Assembly: GCA_964384915.1 (NCBI GenBank)
Contig: CAYLMA010000001.1
Coordinates: 120,225-184,224, forward strand
Reading direction: 5' to 3'
Source of the DNA: an uncultured Sulfuricella sp.
GTDB lineage: Bacteria; Pseudomonadota; Gammaproteobacteria; Burkholderiales; Sulfuricellaceae
DNA length: 64,000 bases
Below, piece after piece: positions 1 through 10,565 of the stretch. The translations under genes were made by a program, and so were the position numbers. Numbering within the stretch: the stretch's first letter is position 1; each line of letters opens with the position of its first letter. The notes under the pieces were generated by a model. The model saw only the letters and a program-made list of their open reading frames with translations. It did no database searches and was not told the origin of the DNA.

Positions 1-311
1 ACGTCGCCCTCGATACGCAGCAGCAAATCATTCTCAAACACCACCGTGACTCGGCGCTGCTCCGTCAACTTTCCGGCCTTCTGAAAGCGATAGACGTAAT
101 CCCAGCGGTTAGGATGAAAAACATCCGCCACCAGCGGCGTACCCAGCGCAAAACGCACTTGGGACTTGGTCATGCCGGGCTTGAGGCGGGACAACATGTC
201 CTGCGTCACCACGTTGCCCTGCTGGATGTCGATCTTGTAAACCGACGGAGCCATGGGAATATAGGAACAGGCCGGCAGGAGCAATGCCAGGACAATTATG
301 GATAGGCGCAT
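1..311 (-). CDS. bamE: Outer membrane protein assembly factor BamE (SmpA/OmlA lipoprotein), 3' end cut by window edge
   Basis: Read on minus strand from ATG (rc of 309-311): MRLSIIVLALLLPACSYIP... has a lipoprotein signal with lipobox Cys, then QQGNVVTQDMLSRLKPGMTKSQV. Open-ended, so absent from the ORF track. Divergent from fur. Confidence 0.8.
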   Translation of the reverse strand, partial: MRLSIIVLALLLPACSYIPMAPSVYKIDIQQGNVVTQDMLSRLKPGMTKSQVRFALGTPLVADVFHPNRWDYVYRFQKAGKLTEQRRVTVVFENDLLLRIEGD

Positions 312-380
312 GAGAGAGCTTTTGTTGTTCATGAAAGACTTATATTATGATAGCCCAATTTGACGTTTCGAGCATACCGC

Positions 381-806
381 ATGAGCCAGCCCAATGATCT
401 GAAAAACGTCGGCCTCAAAGCCACGCTGCCACGCCTGAAGATTCTCAACCTGTTCGAAACCAACGAAGTCCGCCACCTTGCCGCCGAAGACGTGTACCGC
501 ATCCTGCTGGCGGATGGCGTGGACGTCGGCCTGGCAACGGTTTACCGCGTCCTGACGCAGTTCGAGGCTGCAGGGCTGCTGGTGCGCCACCACTTTGAAG
601 GCGGCAAGGCGGTGTTCGAGCTCAATCAGGGCCATCACCACGACCACCTGGTATGCTTGCAATGCGGCCTGGTGGAAGAATTCTACGACCCGGAAATCGA
701 ACGGCGTCAGGAGCAGATTGCCATGGAGCGGGGGTTCCGTATCCAGGAGCACTCGCTTTACCTCTACGCCGACTGCCTCAAGGACAACTGCCCGCACAAG
801 GAGTAG
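381..806 (+). CDS. fur: Ferric uptake regulator Fur
   Basis: Translation has [23 protein letters not shown] and a C-terminal Cys pair. ATG at 381 preferred over the TTG at 360 used by the ORF track. Confidence 0.9.
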   Translation: MSQPNDLKNVGLKATLPRLKILNLFETNEVRHLAAEDVYRILLADGVDVGLATVYRVLTQFEAAGLLVRHHFEGGKAVFELNQGHHHDHLVCLQCGLVEEFYDPEIERRQEQIAMERGFRIQEHSLYLYADCLKDNCPHKE

Positions 807-814
807 CCTGAAAC

Positions 815-2473
815 TTACTGCAAGCCCAGCATCTCAGCCGCATGCTGCCGGGTAGTATCGGTGATGGTCACGCCACCGAGCATGCGGGCCACTTCCTCGA
901 TACGCCGAGGCTGGTCAAGAACAGCAATTCGGCTCACCACCTGGCCATCGTGAGTGGTCTTGCTCACCTGCCAATGGTGATGCCCCAGGGCTGCCACCTG
1001 GGGCAGGTGGGTAATACACAGTACCTGGCGTTCGCTCCCCAGTCCTTGCAGCATTTTCCCCACCACTTCCGCCACGCCGCCGCCGATCCCCACATCCACC
1101 TCGTCGAAAATCAGGGTAGGCACTGCAGCCACTTTACTGGTCACCACCTGAATCGCCAGGCTGATGCGCGACAACTCGCCGCCGGAAGCCACCTTGGCAA
1201 GGGGTTTTGCCGCCAGGCTGGAATGCGAGCTCACCAAAAACTCGACCTGCTCCAGGCCGTGTGCATTGCCCTCTGCCAAGGCATGGAGCGCCACTTCGAA
1301 ACGACCGCCCGCCATCGCCAGTTGCTGCATCGCCTCGCTCACTTTCGAGCCCAGTTCCTGCGCCGTCAGCCGTCGAGCCGAGCTCAATTCCTTGGCGCTG
1401 GCCAAATAAACCGCCTGCGCTTCTGCTTCAAGCCGCTGCAACACCTCTGCAGAGCCAAGCCGCTGCAACCCTTCCAGCCGGGCAGCGCTCTCCTCCAATA
1501 GCTGCGGCAAAGCGTCCGCCGCTACCCGGTACTTGCGCGCCATATCATGCACTTGTTCCAGCCGCTGCTCGATCTGGCGCAAGCGATCAGGGTCCATATC
1601 CAGACGCTGCACATAATGACGCAGGCCGTATGCCGCCTCCTGCATCTGCGCGGCAGCCGAATCAAGAATAGCCAATGGCTCGCCCAGAGCTGGATCAAAC
1701 TCCACCACCTTGTTGATCCGCCCGATCAGCCCATTGAGCTGGGACAGCAAAGCCTGATCGCCTTCGGCAAGGAGCTCCACTGCGTATTGCGCATTTTCCA
1801 GCAAGCTCGCGGAATGCGCGAGGCGGGCGTGCTCCGCCTGCAACTCCGGCCACTCCTCCGGTCCCAGGCCAAGCGTTTGCAATTCGCGCACTTGCCATTC
1901 GAGCTGTTCCAGTTCGGCCTCCGCAGCGGCAGAATCCCTCTCCCAGGCCAGGTAACGCTCACGCACGGCCTGCCAATCGCGGTAATGGCGGGCCACTTCG
2001 CGCGCTGAATCACCCAGCCCGGCATACCCATCGAGAAGTTCGCGTTGCGCCGGGGATTTGAGCAGAGACTGGTGCGCATGCTGGCCATGAATATCGACCA
2101 GGCACTCCCCCGCCTCGCGCAACTGCTGCAGGGTCACGGCACTGCCATTGATAAACGAACGCGAGCGCCCACTCGCATCAATTACGCGGCGCATCAAGCA
2201 CAAGCCGGGCTCGTCCGCCAGGCCGTTTTCATCCAGCCAGGCCTGGAGCAGAGGAATTTTCGTGCACTCGAACTCCGCCGACAATTCAGCCCGCTCGCTG
2301 CCGGCGCGCACCACCCCGGCATCGGCCCGCTCCCCCAGCACCAGGGCCAGGGCATCAATCAGGATGGATTTGCCGGCACCGGTTTCCCCGGTCAGGACGG
2401 TAAAGCCGGGCTTGAACTCCAGCTCCAGCCGGTCAACGATGACGAAATCGCGGATACTTAAGGAAAGCAGCAT
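815..2473 (-). CDS. recN: DNA repair protein RecN
   Basis: MLLSLSIRDFVIV..., Walker A GETGAGKS, long coiled-coil middle, C-terminal SGGELSRISLA signature. Start moved to the internal ATG at 2473; the upstream extension is low-complexity. Confidence 0.95.
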   Translation of the reverse strand: MLLSLSIRDFVIVDRLELEFKPGFTVLTGETGAGKSILIDALALVLGERADAGVVRAGSERAELSAEFECTKIPLLQAWLDENGLADEPGLCLMRRVIDASGRSRSFINGSAVTLQQLREAGECLVDIHGQHAHQSLLKSPAQRELLDGYAGLGDSAREVARHYRDWQAVRERYLAWERDSAAAEAELEQLEWQVRELQTLGLGPEEWPELQAEHARLAHSASLLENAQYAVELLAEGDQALLSQLNGLIGRINKVVEFDPALGEPLAILDSAAAQMQEAAYGLRHYVQRLDMDPDRLRQIEQRLEQVHDMARKYRVAADALPQLLEESAARLEGLQRLGSAEVLQRLEAEAQAVYLASAKELSSARRLTAQELGSKVSEAMQQLAMAGGRFEVALHALAEGNAHGLEQVEFLVSSHSSLAAKPLAKVASGGELSRISLAIQVVTSKVAAVPTLIFDEVDVGIGGGVAEVVGKMLQGLGSERQVLCITHLPQVAALGHHHWQVSKTTHDGQVVSRIAVLDQPRRIEEVARMLGGVTITDTTRQHAAEMLGLQ

Positions 2474-2579
2474 GATTGCCTGGCAATGTGGGTTGGGGAA
2501 TGGGCAATGAGTGACGGGGAATGGGAAAAACCGGGGGGGCTGCACATCGCCCATCCCCCATCACCCATTACCAGCCCTT

Positions 2580-3452
2580 TCACAGCTTTTCCCCCCAGCG
2601 CAGCTTCTGGCGCAAGGTATCGTAATAACTATGCCCCAAAGGATGAAGCAGCCGGATATTTTTTTCGGAGCGGCGCACCACCACCCAATCGTTCTGCTGC
2701 AACTCCATGTGGCTCTGTCCATCGAAGTGAGCACTGACATCCACCGCATGCAGGACCAGGATTTCCATCACGCTGTGGCTATTGACGGCAATCGGCCGGT
2801 TGCTCAAGGTATGCGGGCAAATCGGCACCAGCACCATGGCCTCCAAAGTGGGATGCAGGATGGGGCCGCCGGCGGAAAGCGCATAAGCTGTCGATCCGGT
2901 AGGCGTGGCCACCACCAGGCCGTCGGAACGCTGGCTATAGACAAACTGGCCATCAATGAAAACTTCCAGCTCGATCAGGCGCCCGGACACACCCTTGCTC
3001 ACCACCACATCGTTAAACGCATAGGCCTGCGAAATGATCTGCCCCTGGCGGCGCACGGCAGTATGGAGCAGGAAACGTTCCTCGGCGGCGTATTCGCCAT
3101 CGAGGATCTCATCCATGGTTTCCAGCATGCCTTCGATAGAGACATCCGTCAGGAAACCCAGACGGCCCTGGTTCACGCCCACCAGCGGCACGTCATATTC
3201 GACCAGTTCGCGCGCGATATTCAACATCGTGCCATCCCCCCCCATGACCACGGCCAGATCGGCGCGCGCGCCGATCTCCTCCATGCTCACCGCGGCGTAG
3301 GGCGCGGAGCCGATGCGTTCCGCGGTCTGCTGCGACAGCAGCACCTCAAGCTTGCGCTGATCGAGGAAAGACGCCAGACGCAACAGCGGTTCGCCAAGTT
3401 CGGCGCTATTGTATTTGCCGATCAGGGCAATGGTCTGGAAGGGGGTTGTCAT
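2580..3452 (-). CDS. nadK: NAD kinase
   Basis: GGDGTML motif and PPNK-like sequence throughout. Start set at MTTPFQTIALIG (ATG rc 3450-3452). Confidence 0.9.
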   Translation of the reverse strand: MTTPFQTIALIGKYNSAELGEPLLRLASFLDQRKLEVLLSQQTAERIGSAPYAAVSMEEIGARADLAVVMGGDGTMLNIARELVEYDVPLVGVNQGRLGFLTDVSIEGMLETMDEILDGEYAAEERFLLHTAVRRQGQIISQAYAFNDVVVSKGVSGRLIELEVFIDGQFVYSQRSDGLVVATPTGSTAYALSAGGPILHPTLEAMVLVPICPHTLSNRPIAVNSHSVMEILVLHAVDVSAHFDGQSHMELQQNDWVVVRRSEKNIRLLHPLGHSYYDTLRQKLRWGEKL

Positions 3453-3491
3453 GGCCGGAATTATAACCGGAAGTTGTTGTAAAATATCCGG

Positions 3492-4508
3492 ATGATCAAT
3501 GAACGCGCCCAACTCCTGCTCAAGACCCTGATCGAGCGTTACATCGCCGAAGGCCAGCCGGTCGGCTCGCGCACCCTATCCAAGCACTCCGGGCTCGACC
3601 TGTCCGCCGCCACCATCCGCAATGCCATGGCGGACCTGGAGGAAATGGGCTTCATCATCAGCCCGCATACGTCCTCCGGAAGGGTTCCAACGCCGCGCGG
3701 ATACCGCTTTTTCGTCGACACCCTGCTCAAGATACAACCTCTCGACGCCGCGCAGGTGCACCAACTGGAAAACCAGCTGCACCCATCCGACAAGCAACAA
3801 CTCATCGCTTCTGCCTCGCGGCTGCTGTCGGACCTGACCCAGTTCGCGGGCATCGTGATGACGCCCAAGCGCCACTCGCCAACTTTCCGCCACCTGGAAT
3901 TTTTGCCGCTGTCGGAAAAACGCATTCTGCTGATCATCGTCACCACCGACGACAATGTTCAGAACCGCATCCTCTTGACCGACAAATCCTATACGGCAGC
4001 GGAACTGGCCCAGGCCGCCAACTTTTTCAACCAGAACTATGCCGGCTGCACCCTGGAAGGCGCGCGCACCCGCATGCAGGAGGAGCTGAAACGCCTGCAC
4101 CTCAACCTGACCACGCTCATGTCCGCCGCGCTTGAAGCCAGCAGCCAGGCGCTCGAACCCAGCGATGGTTATGTCCTGTCAGGCGAAAAAAACCTGTTGC
4201 ACGTGGATGACCTGTCTTCCAACATGACCTCGTTACGCAAACTGTTTGACGCCTTTGAACAGAAAACCACGCTGATCCAACTGCTGGATGTCAGCCAGGG
4301 CGCGCAGGGCGTGCAGATCTTCATCGGCGGAGAGTCGGGCCACGTCCCGCTGGACGAATGCAGCGTCGTCACCGCCCCCTATGAAGTGGACGGCCAGGTG
4401 GTCGGCACCCTGGGCGTCATCGGCCCGACCCGCATGGCTTATGAACGCGTCATTCCGATCGTGGACGTCACCGCCAAGCTGCTTGGCAGCGCGCTTTCCT
4501 ACCACTAG
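3492..4508 (+). CDS. hrcA: Heat-inducible transcription repressor HrcA
   Basis: N-terminal winged-helix [27 protein letters not shown] and HrcA-like C-terminal domain. Divergent from nadK/recN. Confidence 0.93.
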   Translation: MINERAQLLLKTLIERYIAEGQPVGSRTLSKHSGLDLSAATIRNAMADLEEMGFIISPHTSSGRVPTPRGYRFFVDTLLKIQPLDAAQVHQLENQLHPSDKQQLIASASRLLSDLTQFAGIVMTPKRHSPTFRHLEFLPLSEKRILLIIVTTDDNVQNRILLTDKSYTAAELAQAANFFNQNYAGCTLEGARTRMQEELKRLHLNLTTLMSAALEASSQALEPSDGYVLSGEKNLLHVDDLSSNMTSLRKLFDAFEQKTTLIQLLDVSQGAQGVQIFIGGESGHVPLDECSVVTAPYEVDGQVVGTLGVIGPTRMAYERVIPIVDVTAKLLGSALSYH

Positions 4509-4524
4509 GGGACCTCTGAAAAAC

Positions 4525-5616
4525 ATGCCCTATCTCCCCGAACCGCCCCACGTCCACGGCACCCCGAGCAAAACCGGCATCCTGCTGATCAATCTCGGCA
4601 CCCCAGACGCACCCACCCGCCAGGCATTGCGTCCCTACCTCAAGCAATTCCTCAGCGACCCGCGCGTGGTCGAAATTCCTCGTTGGCTGTGGTGGCTGAT
4701 TCTCAACGGCATCATCCTCAACACCCGCCCCGGCAAATCGGCGCAGAAATACGCCCAGATATGGACCTCGGAAGGCTCGCCCCTGTTCGCCCACACCCGC
4801 AAGCAGGCGAAAATGCTGCAAGGCTACCTGGGCGAACGCACCCGGGCGCCGCTGGTGGTGGAGTACGCCATGCGTTATGGCAACCCATCCATACCATCAG
4901 CCATTGCATCGCTTCGGAAACAAGGCTGCGAGCGCATCCTTGCCCTGCCGCTTTACCCTCAATATGCGGCGAGCAGTTCCGCATCGGCGCTGGATGCCGT
5001 GTTCCAGGCCCTGCTGCAGAGCCGCAACATGCCGGAACTGCGCACCGTGCGGCACTACCACGACCACCCCGGCTACATCGCCGCGTTGGCCAACAGCGTG
5101 CGCGAGCACTGGCAACAGCATGGCCGCCCGGACCAGCTGATCATGAGCTTTCACGGCGTGCCCAGACACACCCTCGACAAGGGCGACCCCTACCACTGCG
5201 AATGCCACAAAACCGGGCGCCTCTTGGCGGAAGCGCTGGGCCTCTCGCCCGACCGCTTCCAGATCACTTTTCAGTCGCGCTTCGGGCGCGCCGAATGGGT
5301 TCAGCCCTACACCGCGCCCACGCTGCAAATGCTGGGAAGAAAAGGGGTCAAACGGGTGGACGTGATCTGTCCCGGCTTTGCCGCCGACTGCCTGGAAACC
5401 CTGGAAGAAATCGCCATGGAATGCAAGGCGGATTTCCTCAATGCCGGCGGCCAGGAGTTCCATTACATTCCCTGCCTCAACGAGCGCGATGACTGGATAC
5501 GCGCCCTGTGCGACATCACGCTCAACCACCTGCAGGGCTGGCTGCAGGAAACGCCCAACCCCGCCGCCGCGCTGGAAAGCAGGGCGCGGGCGCTTGCCAT
5601 GGGGGCAAAGGATTAA
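4525..5616 (+). CDS. hemH: Ferrochelatase
   Basis: [23 protein letters not shown] and C-terminal ferrochelatase-like sequence. Start is the ATG at 4525, after the hrcA stop; the longer track ORF overlaps hrcA out of frame. Confidence 0.9.
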   Translation: MPYLPEPPHVHGTPSKTGILLINLGTPDAPTRQALRPYLKQFLSDPRVVEIPRWLWWLILNGIILNTRPGKSAQKYAQIWTSEGSPLFAHTRKQAKMLQGYLGERTRAPLVVEYAMRYGNPSIPSAIASLRKQGCERILALPLYPQYAASSSASALDAVFQALLQSRNMPELRTVRHYHDHPGYIAALANSVREHWQQHGRPDQLIMSFHGVPRHTLDKGDPYHCECHKTGRLLAEALGLSPDRFQITFQSRFGRAEWVQPYTAPTLQMLGRKGVKRVDVICPGFAADCLETLEEIAMECKADFLNAGGQEFHYIPCLNERDDWIRALCDITLNHLQGWLQETPNPAAALESRARALAMGAKD

Positions 5617-5644
5617 CGAATTGCCGCCCGGAATCATGAAACAA

Positions 5645-5743
5645 GTGAAATGTGAAGCCGCTTGGGCTGCGCCCTTGCTGTGAAGCGTGAAATGTAAAAC
5701 ACTCCCCGGAGTCGGCTCTTACATTTCACGCTTCACGCTTCAC
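5645..5743. repeat. GTGAAN-periodic palindromic element (family A), ORF-less copy
   Basis: Perfect 18-bp stem: gtgaagcgtgaaatgtaa (5680-5697) pairs with ttacatttcacgcttcac (5719-5736), 21-nt loop. Outer arms gtgaaatgtgaag / cttcacgcttcac. Confidence 0.8.
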
Positions 5744-5857
5744 AAAACTGTTTCTCGTTAAAGTTCCGCCCCACGCTGCCGCTAAATAAAAGGCAAGCTT
5801 CCCCATCCAACAATCCCAAAAAGCAGGAAACTTGCGCCATATTTCAAGGGATTGATC

Positions 5858-6925
5858 ATGAAAATCGCAAGTTCAGATATCTTGTTAAGCAGCCAGCACA
5901 GCCATGTCGAAAAACGTGAGATGCGCGAATCCATACGCGCCTGGGCCGGCATGGAACGCCCGGATTTCGAGGGCCGCGGCAGGCCTCTCAAGCTCCCTCC
6001 CGTGGACCATGTTTCCATTTCCGCGCAGGGCAAGGCAGCACAAAAATCAGAGGCTGTTTCGGACACCCGTGAGGCGGAGGCGGTGAACAGCGACCCGCGC
6101 TTGCAATTGCTCATCAGCATGGTGGAAGCCATGACCGGCAGAAAAATCCGCATCCTGACCATGAAGGACTTGCAGGCTGCCGGCACTCCATCAGCGGAAT
6201 CATTGCAGGGCCCCAAGACCGCCGGGGAAGGAACCGTCCCGCAACAAGCCGGTTACGGCGTCGAATATGAACGCCAGGAAACCCATTACGAAGCCGAGCA
6301 GACCGGATTCCAAGCCCAGGGCATGGTCAAAACCGCCGATGGCAGGGAAATTGCGTTCAGTCTGCAGTTCTCCATGAGCCGCGAGCACCTGCAGCAGAAC
6401 GAGGTCAGCGTGCGCCTGGGAGATGCGGCGCGACAAGCCAAAGATCCGCTGGTGATCAATTTCACTGGCGGCACGGCGCAACTGACGCCCACCAAATTCA
6501 GCTTCGACCTCAATGCCGACGGCAGTGCCGAGTTGATTTCCTTCGTCGCTCCCGGCAGCGGCTTCCTCGCCCTCGACAAGAACCAGGACGGCAAGATCAA
6601 CAACGGCGGCGAACTGTTCGGCCCGGCCAGCGGCAACGGCTTCAGCGAGCTGGCCGCTTACGACCAGGACGGCAACCAGTGGATAGACGAGAACGATGCC
6701 GTTTTTTCGCAACTCAAGGCATGGCGCAAGGACGCCCAGGGCAACGACCAGCTCGCCGCCCTGAACGAAATCGGCGTGGGCGCGCTGTATCTGGGCAATG
6801 CAGCCACTGAATTCAGTTTCATGGACGCAAACCGTCAGCTCGACGGGCAGCTTCGCTCCAGCGGCATCTACCTGAATGAAAACGGCTCCGCCGGCAGCAT
6901 GCAGCAAATCGACCTGGCCATCTGA
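5858..6925 (+). CDS. Hypothetical protein with two EF-hand-like acidic loops
   Basis: Long clean ORF with ATG at 5858. Loops DKNQDGKINNGGE and DQDGNQWIDEND. No signal peptide or TM segment evident. Family not recognised. Confidence 0.6.
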   Translation: MKIASSDILLSSQHSHVEKREMRESIRAWAGMERPDFEGRGRPLKLPPVDHVSISAQGKAAQKSEAVSDTREAEAVNSDPRLQLLISMVEAMTGRKIRILTMKDLQAAGTPSAESLQGPKTAGEGTVPQQAGYGVEYERQETHYEAEQTGFQAQGMVKTADGREIAFSLQFSMSREHLQQNEVSVRLGDAARQAKDPLVINFTGGTAQLTPTKFSFDLNADGSAELISFVAPGSGFLALDKNQDGKINNGGELFGPASGNGFSELAAYDQDGNQWIDENDAVFSQLKAWRKDAQGNDQLAALNEIGVGALYLGNAATEFSFMDANRQLDGQLRSSGIYLNENGSAGSMQQIDLAI

Positions 6926-7053
6926 GCTTCCTGGCTGTATGCGGCAGGCATCATGCGGCTTTCCGTCGCACCCCCTCGCGCATGAAGGGCTGTTATAGTA
7001 GCCGCCTTAAAACCTAAGCTTTTCCCCGACCCCACCCTAAGAGGAACCCGGAC

Positions 7054-8694
7054 ATGCTCGGCTCAAGCATCGGCAAAATCAAAAACCTGAAAATCTGGAT
7101 CCGCCTGGTGGGCGTCATCTGGCTGATGCTGATGCTGGCCTGGAGCGGCATGATTTTCTGGGCATCGCACTCGCAGCGAGCAACCGCCATCGATGAAGCC
7201 AAGGCTTTCTCTCTCGCCATTAACCAGATGACAATGTCCAGCCTCACCGGCATGATGATCACCGGCACCATCGCGCAACGCGCGGTATTCCTCGACCAGA
7301 TCAAGCAGGCCGACAATATCACCTCGCTTAAAGTGCTGCGCAGCGAGGCGGTTTCCAAACAGTACGGCCAGGGCAGCGCGGAGGAAAACAGCGCTGACGA
7401 GCTTGAAAAACGGGTCATGCAAAGCACGAAACCCTACTTCCAGATTCTTCAGGAGAACGGCAAGAACAAGGAAAGCCTGCAAGCCGTGATTCCCGTGACT
7501 GCGGAAAAGAACCACCTTGGCAAGGATTGCCTGCTGTGCCACACCGTACCCGAAGGCACCGTCCTCGGCGCGGTCAGCATGAAAATCTCCCTCGACAAGG
7601 TCAACCAGTCCGTGGCGGATTTCAGGGCCAAGATTTTCCTTGCCTCCGTGCTGATCAGCATTCCGCTGCTGGCTTTCATTTATCTCTTCATTCGCCACTT
7701 CGTCACCAAGCCGCTGAAGGAAATGACCCACGGCCTGCATGACATTGCCGAAGGCGAAGGCGATTTGACACGCCGCCTGAAGGTGCGCAGTTCGGACGAA
7801 ATCGGCGAGGCGGCAGGCCTGTTCAACCAAGTCATGGAAAAGTTCGGACAACTGGTGCACCAAGTCAACGATTCGGCGCTCCAGGTTTCGGCGGCGGCAA
7901 GACAACTCGCCCTGGGCGCGCAGCAGGTGGTGAACAGCTCTGAACGGCAACGCGACAAGTCCGCGGCCACGGCTGCGGCAGTGGAGGAGATGGCCGCCAG
8001 CATTTCCACTGTGGCGCAAAACACGGACGAGGTGCAACGCCTTTCGGAGCAAAGCCTGGAGCGCTCGCACCAGGGTAACGAAAGCATTTCCATGCTGGTG
8101 GGCGAGGTCGACCAGGTGGAATCCGCCGTCAAGGAAATCGCTGCCGCGGTAAACGAATTTACCCGCAGCACTGCTTCCATCCACGCCATGACCAAGCAGG
8201 TAAAGGATATTGCCGAACAGACCAATCTGCTCGCCCTCAACGCCGCGATCGAAGCCGCCCGCGCAGGAGAACAGGGGCGCGGCTTTGCCGTGGTCGCCGA
8301 CGAAGTCAGGAAACTCGCCGAAAAGTCCTCCCAGTCGGCCAGCCAGATCGATGCCGTCACCCAGTCCCTTGCCCAGCAGTCGGTAACGGTGGACCAGGCC
8401 ATCGAAAGAGGCTTGTCCCATTTGCTGTCCAGCCAGGATTCGATGGAAACCGTAGCCATCGTTTTATCCGAAGCCAATAGCTCGGTCAATGCAGTCGGCA
8501 GCAAGGTCGCCGACGTGGCCGTCATTGCGGAGCGCCAGCGCAACGCCAGCAGCGAGGTAGCCGCCAACGTCGAGGCGATCGCCGCAATGGCCGTGGAAAA
8601 CAGCCTTGCCGTGGGCCAGACCGCCAAAGCCGCGCAACACCTGGAGCAGTTGGCTGAATCCCTGCAAAACACGGTTAGCCGCTTCAAGGTCTAA
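7054..8694 (+). CDS. Methyl-accepting chemotaxis protein with periplasmic haem-c (CxxCH) sensor domain and HAMP
   Basis: N-terminal TM, periplasmic region with CLLCH (DUF3365/Tll0287-like context [13 protein letters not shown]), second TM, HAMP. MCP signalling hairpin [38 protein letters not shown]. Confidence 0.85.
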   Translation: MLGSSIGKIKNLKIWIRLVGVIWLMLMLAWSGMIFWASHSQRATAIDEAKAFSLAINQMTMSSLTGMMITGTIAQRAVFLDQIKQADNITSLKVLRSEAVSKQYGQGSAEENSADELEKRVMQSTKPYFQILQENGKNKESLQAVIPVTAEKNHLGKDCLLCHTVPEGTVLGAVSMKISLDKVNQSVADFRAKIFLASVLISIPLLAFIYLFIRHFVTKPLKEMTHGLHDIAEGEGDLTRRLKVRSSDEIGEAAGLFNQVMEKFGQLVHQVNDSALQVSAAARQLALGAQQVVNSSERQRDKSAATAAAVEEMAASISTVAQNTDEVQRLSEQSLERSHQGNESISMLVGEVDQVESAVKEIAAAVNEFTRSTASIHAMTKQVKDIAEQTNLLALNAAIEAARAGEQGRGFAVVADEVRKLAEKSSQSASQIDAVTQSLAQQSVTVDQAIERGLSHLLSSQDSMETVAIVLSEANSSVNAVGSKVADVAVIAERQRNASSEVAANVEAIAAMAVENSLAVGQTAKAAQHLEQLAESLQNTVSRFKV

Positions 8695-8703
8695 CGCAAA
8701 GAC

Positions 8704-9792
8704 ATGCAGGGTACCGCGCTACACGACTACGAGGCACGGCTGGAGGCCATGACCGCCAACATTCCAGGCCTGGTTTTCCAGCTGCAACGGCGCGCCGACA
8801 AAAGCCTGCATGGCCTATACGCCAGCAAAGGCTTGAGCACCTTATGCGGCGAGCACGACAACGCTGACGACATGCCCTGGATAGGCTGCATCAACAACCT
8901 CCACCCGGAGGACCGCGCAGGTTTTTTTGCCGCCATGGAAGTTTCCGCTCAAAAGCTGACCCACTGGAACTGGGAAGGCCGCATCACCATCCCCCCCGGC
9001 AATGCCAAATGGATCAACCTGCGCGCCATGCCGCGCGCCATGGCGGATGGCTCCACCATTTGGGATGGCATCATTCTCAACATCACGCTGTCCAAACAGC
9101 GTGAAGATGAAAGCCAGCACGCGCGGGAATTGCTGGAAAAGCTTTCCGGCCACATCCAGCACGCGCGGGAGGACGAGCGCACCAAGATCGCGCGGGAAAT
9201 CCACGATGAACTGGGCGGCATCCTCACCACTTTGAAAATGGATCTGGGCTGGCTGGGCAAACGCATCGCGCACGACCCGGCGCTGCTGGAGCGCACCCAG
9301 GCCATGACACGGCTGATCATGGAGGCATTGCACACCGCCCGACGCATTGCCGCGGACCTGCGCCCCGGCGCCCTGGACAATCTGGGCTTGGCGGCGGCGA
9401 TGGAAGAGCATGCCGCAATGCTGCTGGGACAAAGGGGAATTGCCTACCGCCTCACTCCGCCCGAGCAGGAATTGGAGCTGGATGACCTGCACGCCACGGC
9501 CATTTTCCGCATTTTCCAGGAATCGCTTACCAACATCGTGCGCCACGCGTCCGCGACTGCCGTGGAGATTCTGCTCACGCGCTCTCCGCATGGCCTGGGC
9601 GTCACCATCCGCGACGATGGCAACGGAATCATTCCACACCGCGCGTCCTCCTCCCCGTCTTATGGCATTCTTGGCATGCAGGAGCGCGCCAAACGGCTGG
9701 GTGGCGATTTGAGCATCAGCAGCAAGCCCGGCCTTGGCACCACAGTCTGCCTGCACATCCCTGCTGCCTCTGCGGGAAACGCAGCGCCATGA
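8704..9792 (+). CDS. Cytoplasmic PAS sensor histidine kinase (HisKA_3 / NarX-type)
   Basis: PAS-like N-terminus, H-box REIHDELGG, ATPase motifs DDGNGI and GILGMQERAKRLGG. No TM segments. Confidence 0.85.
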   Translation: MQGTALHDYEARLEAMTANIPGLVFQLQRRADKSLHGLYASKGLSTLCGEHDNADDMPWIGCINNLHPEDRAGFFAAMEVSAQKLTHWNWEGRITIPPGNAKWINLRAMPRAMADGSTIWDGIILNITLSKQREDESQHARELLEKLSGHIQHAREDERTKIAREIHDELGGILTTLKMDLGWLGKRIAHDPALLERTQAMTRLIMEALHTARRIAADLRPGALDNLGLAAAMEEHAAMLLGQRGIAYRLTPPEQELELDDLHATAIFRIFQESLTNIVRHASATAVEILLTRSPHGLGVTIRDDGNGIIPHRASSSPSYGILGMQERAKRLGGDLSISSKPGLGTTVCLHIPAASAGNAAP

Positions 9793-10418
9793 TCAGGCTC
9801 CTCATCGCTGATGACCACAATATTTTTCGTGACGGCCTGAAGCGGATTTTCGCCGATACGCCCGATATCCAGGCAAGGGCCGAGGCGGGTAGCGGACATG
9901 AAGCCCTCGAGCTAATGCGCGGGGAAGACTGGGATGCCGTGCTGCTGGATATCAATCTGCCGGGCAAATCCGGGCTTGAGGTACTGAAACAGATCAAGAT
10001 GGAAAAACCTGATCTGCCGGTACTCATTCTCAGCATGTACCCCGAGGAGCAATACGCGTTACGGACCATCAAGTTAGGCGCCGCCGGCTATCTCTCCAAG
10101 GATGCCGATGCCGATGAACTCATCATGGCCATCCGCAAAACCGCGGCAGGCGGCAAGTACGCCAGCCGCACCCTGGCCGACCACATGCTGCACTCGCTGT
10201 ATGGCAACGCACAGCAACGCCACGCCCTGCTGTCTGACCGGGAGTATCTGGTGTTCCGCCATATCGTGGCGGGAAAATCTCTCACCGACATCGCCCAGGC
10301 CCTTTCCCTCAGCATCAAGACGATCAGTACCTACCGCGCTCGCCTGCTGGAAAAAATGGGCCTGGTCAACAATGCAGAATTGATTCGCTACGCGCTTGAA
10401 CATCAGCTTTTCGATTAG
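9789..10418 (+). CDS. Response regulator, NarL/FixJ family (REC + LuxR HTH)
   Basis: LLIADDH, VLLDINLPG, and LuxR-type HTH SDREYLVFRHIVAGKSLTDIAQALSLSIKTISTYR. ATGA overlap with the kinase gene. Confidence 0.9.
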   Translation: MIRLLIADDHNIFRDGLKRIFADTPDIQARAEAGSGHEALELMRGEDWDAVLLDINLPGKSGLEVLKQIKMEKPDLPVLILSMYPEEQYALRTIKLGAAGYLSKDADADELIMAIRKTAAGGKYASRTLADHMLHSLYGNAQQRHALLSDREYLVFRHIVAGKSLTDIAQALSLSIKTISTYRARLLEKMGLVNNAELIRYALEHQLFD

Positions 10419-10565
10419 CCAGGGTGCCTCAATGCCCATGTAAGAAAAAACCTACAGATTGACCGCATATTCCTACGATTCTTTCAGACTACTCCGGCAG
10501 CCCGTCAGCCGGAAACCCCTTATGATCCCGTTCCGGACGCTATTGTCCTGTTACCGGCGCCCCTG

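Noticed and set aside
114-305. 63-aa plus-strand ORF at the window start
   Set aside because: The opposite strand encodes a BamE lipoprotein with a proper signal and lipobox across the same bases.
344-360. Possible Fur box in the bamE-fur divergent region (attatgatagcccaatt)
   Set aside because: Only about 10 of 17 positions match the GATAATGATAATCATTATC consensus by eye, which is too weak to call.
2474-2554. 27-codon N-terminal extension of recN, with similar extensions of nadK (3453-3512), xerD (22127-22423) and bepA (34593-34877)
   Set aside because: The extensions are non-homologous low-complexity or overlap neighbouring genes. Internal ATGs give canonical N-termini.
7063-8687. Long antisense ORFs (452 aa and 335 aa) opposite the chemoreceptor gene
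   Set aside because: They carry no recognisable motifs. MCP coiled-coil regions commonly leave the opposite strand open.
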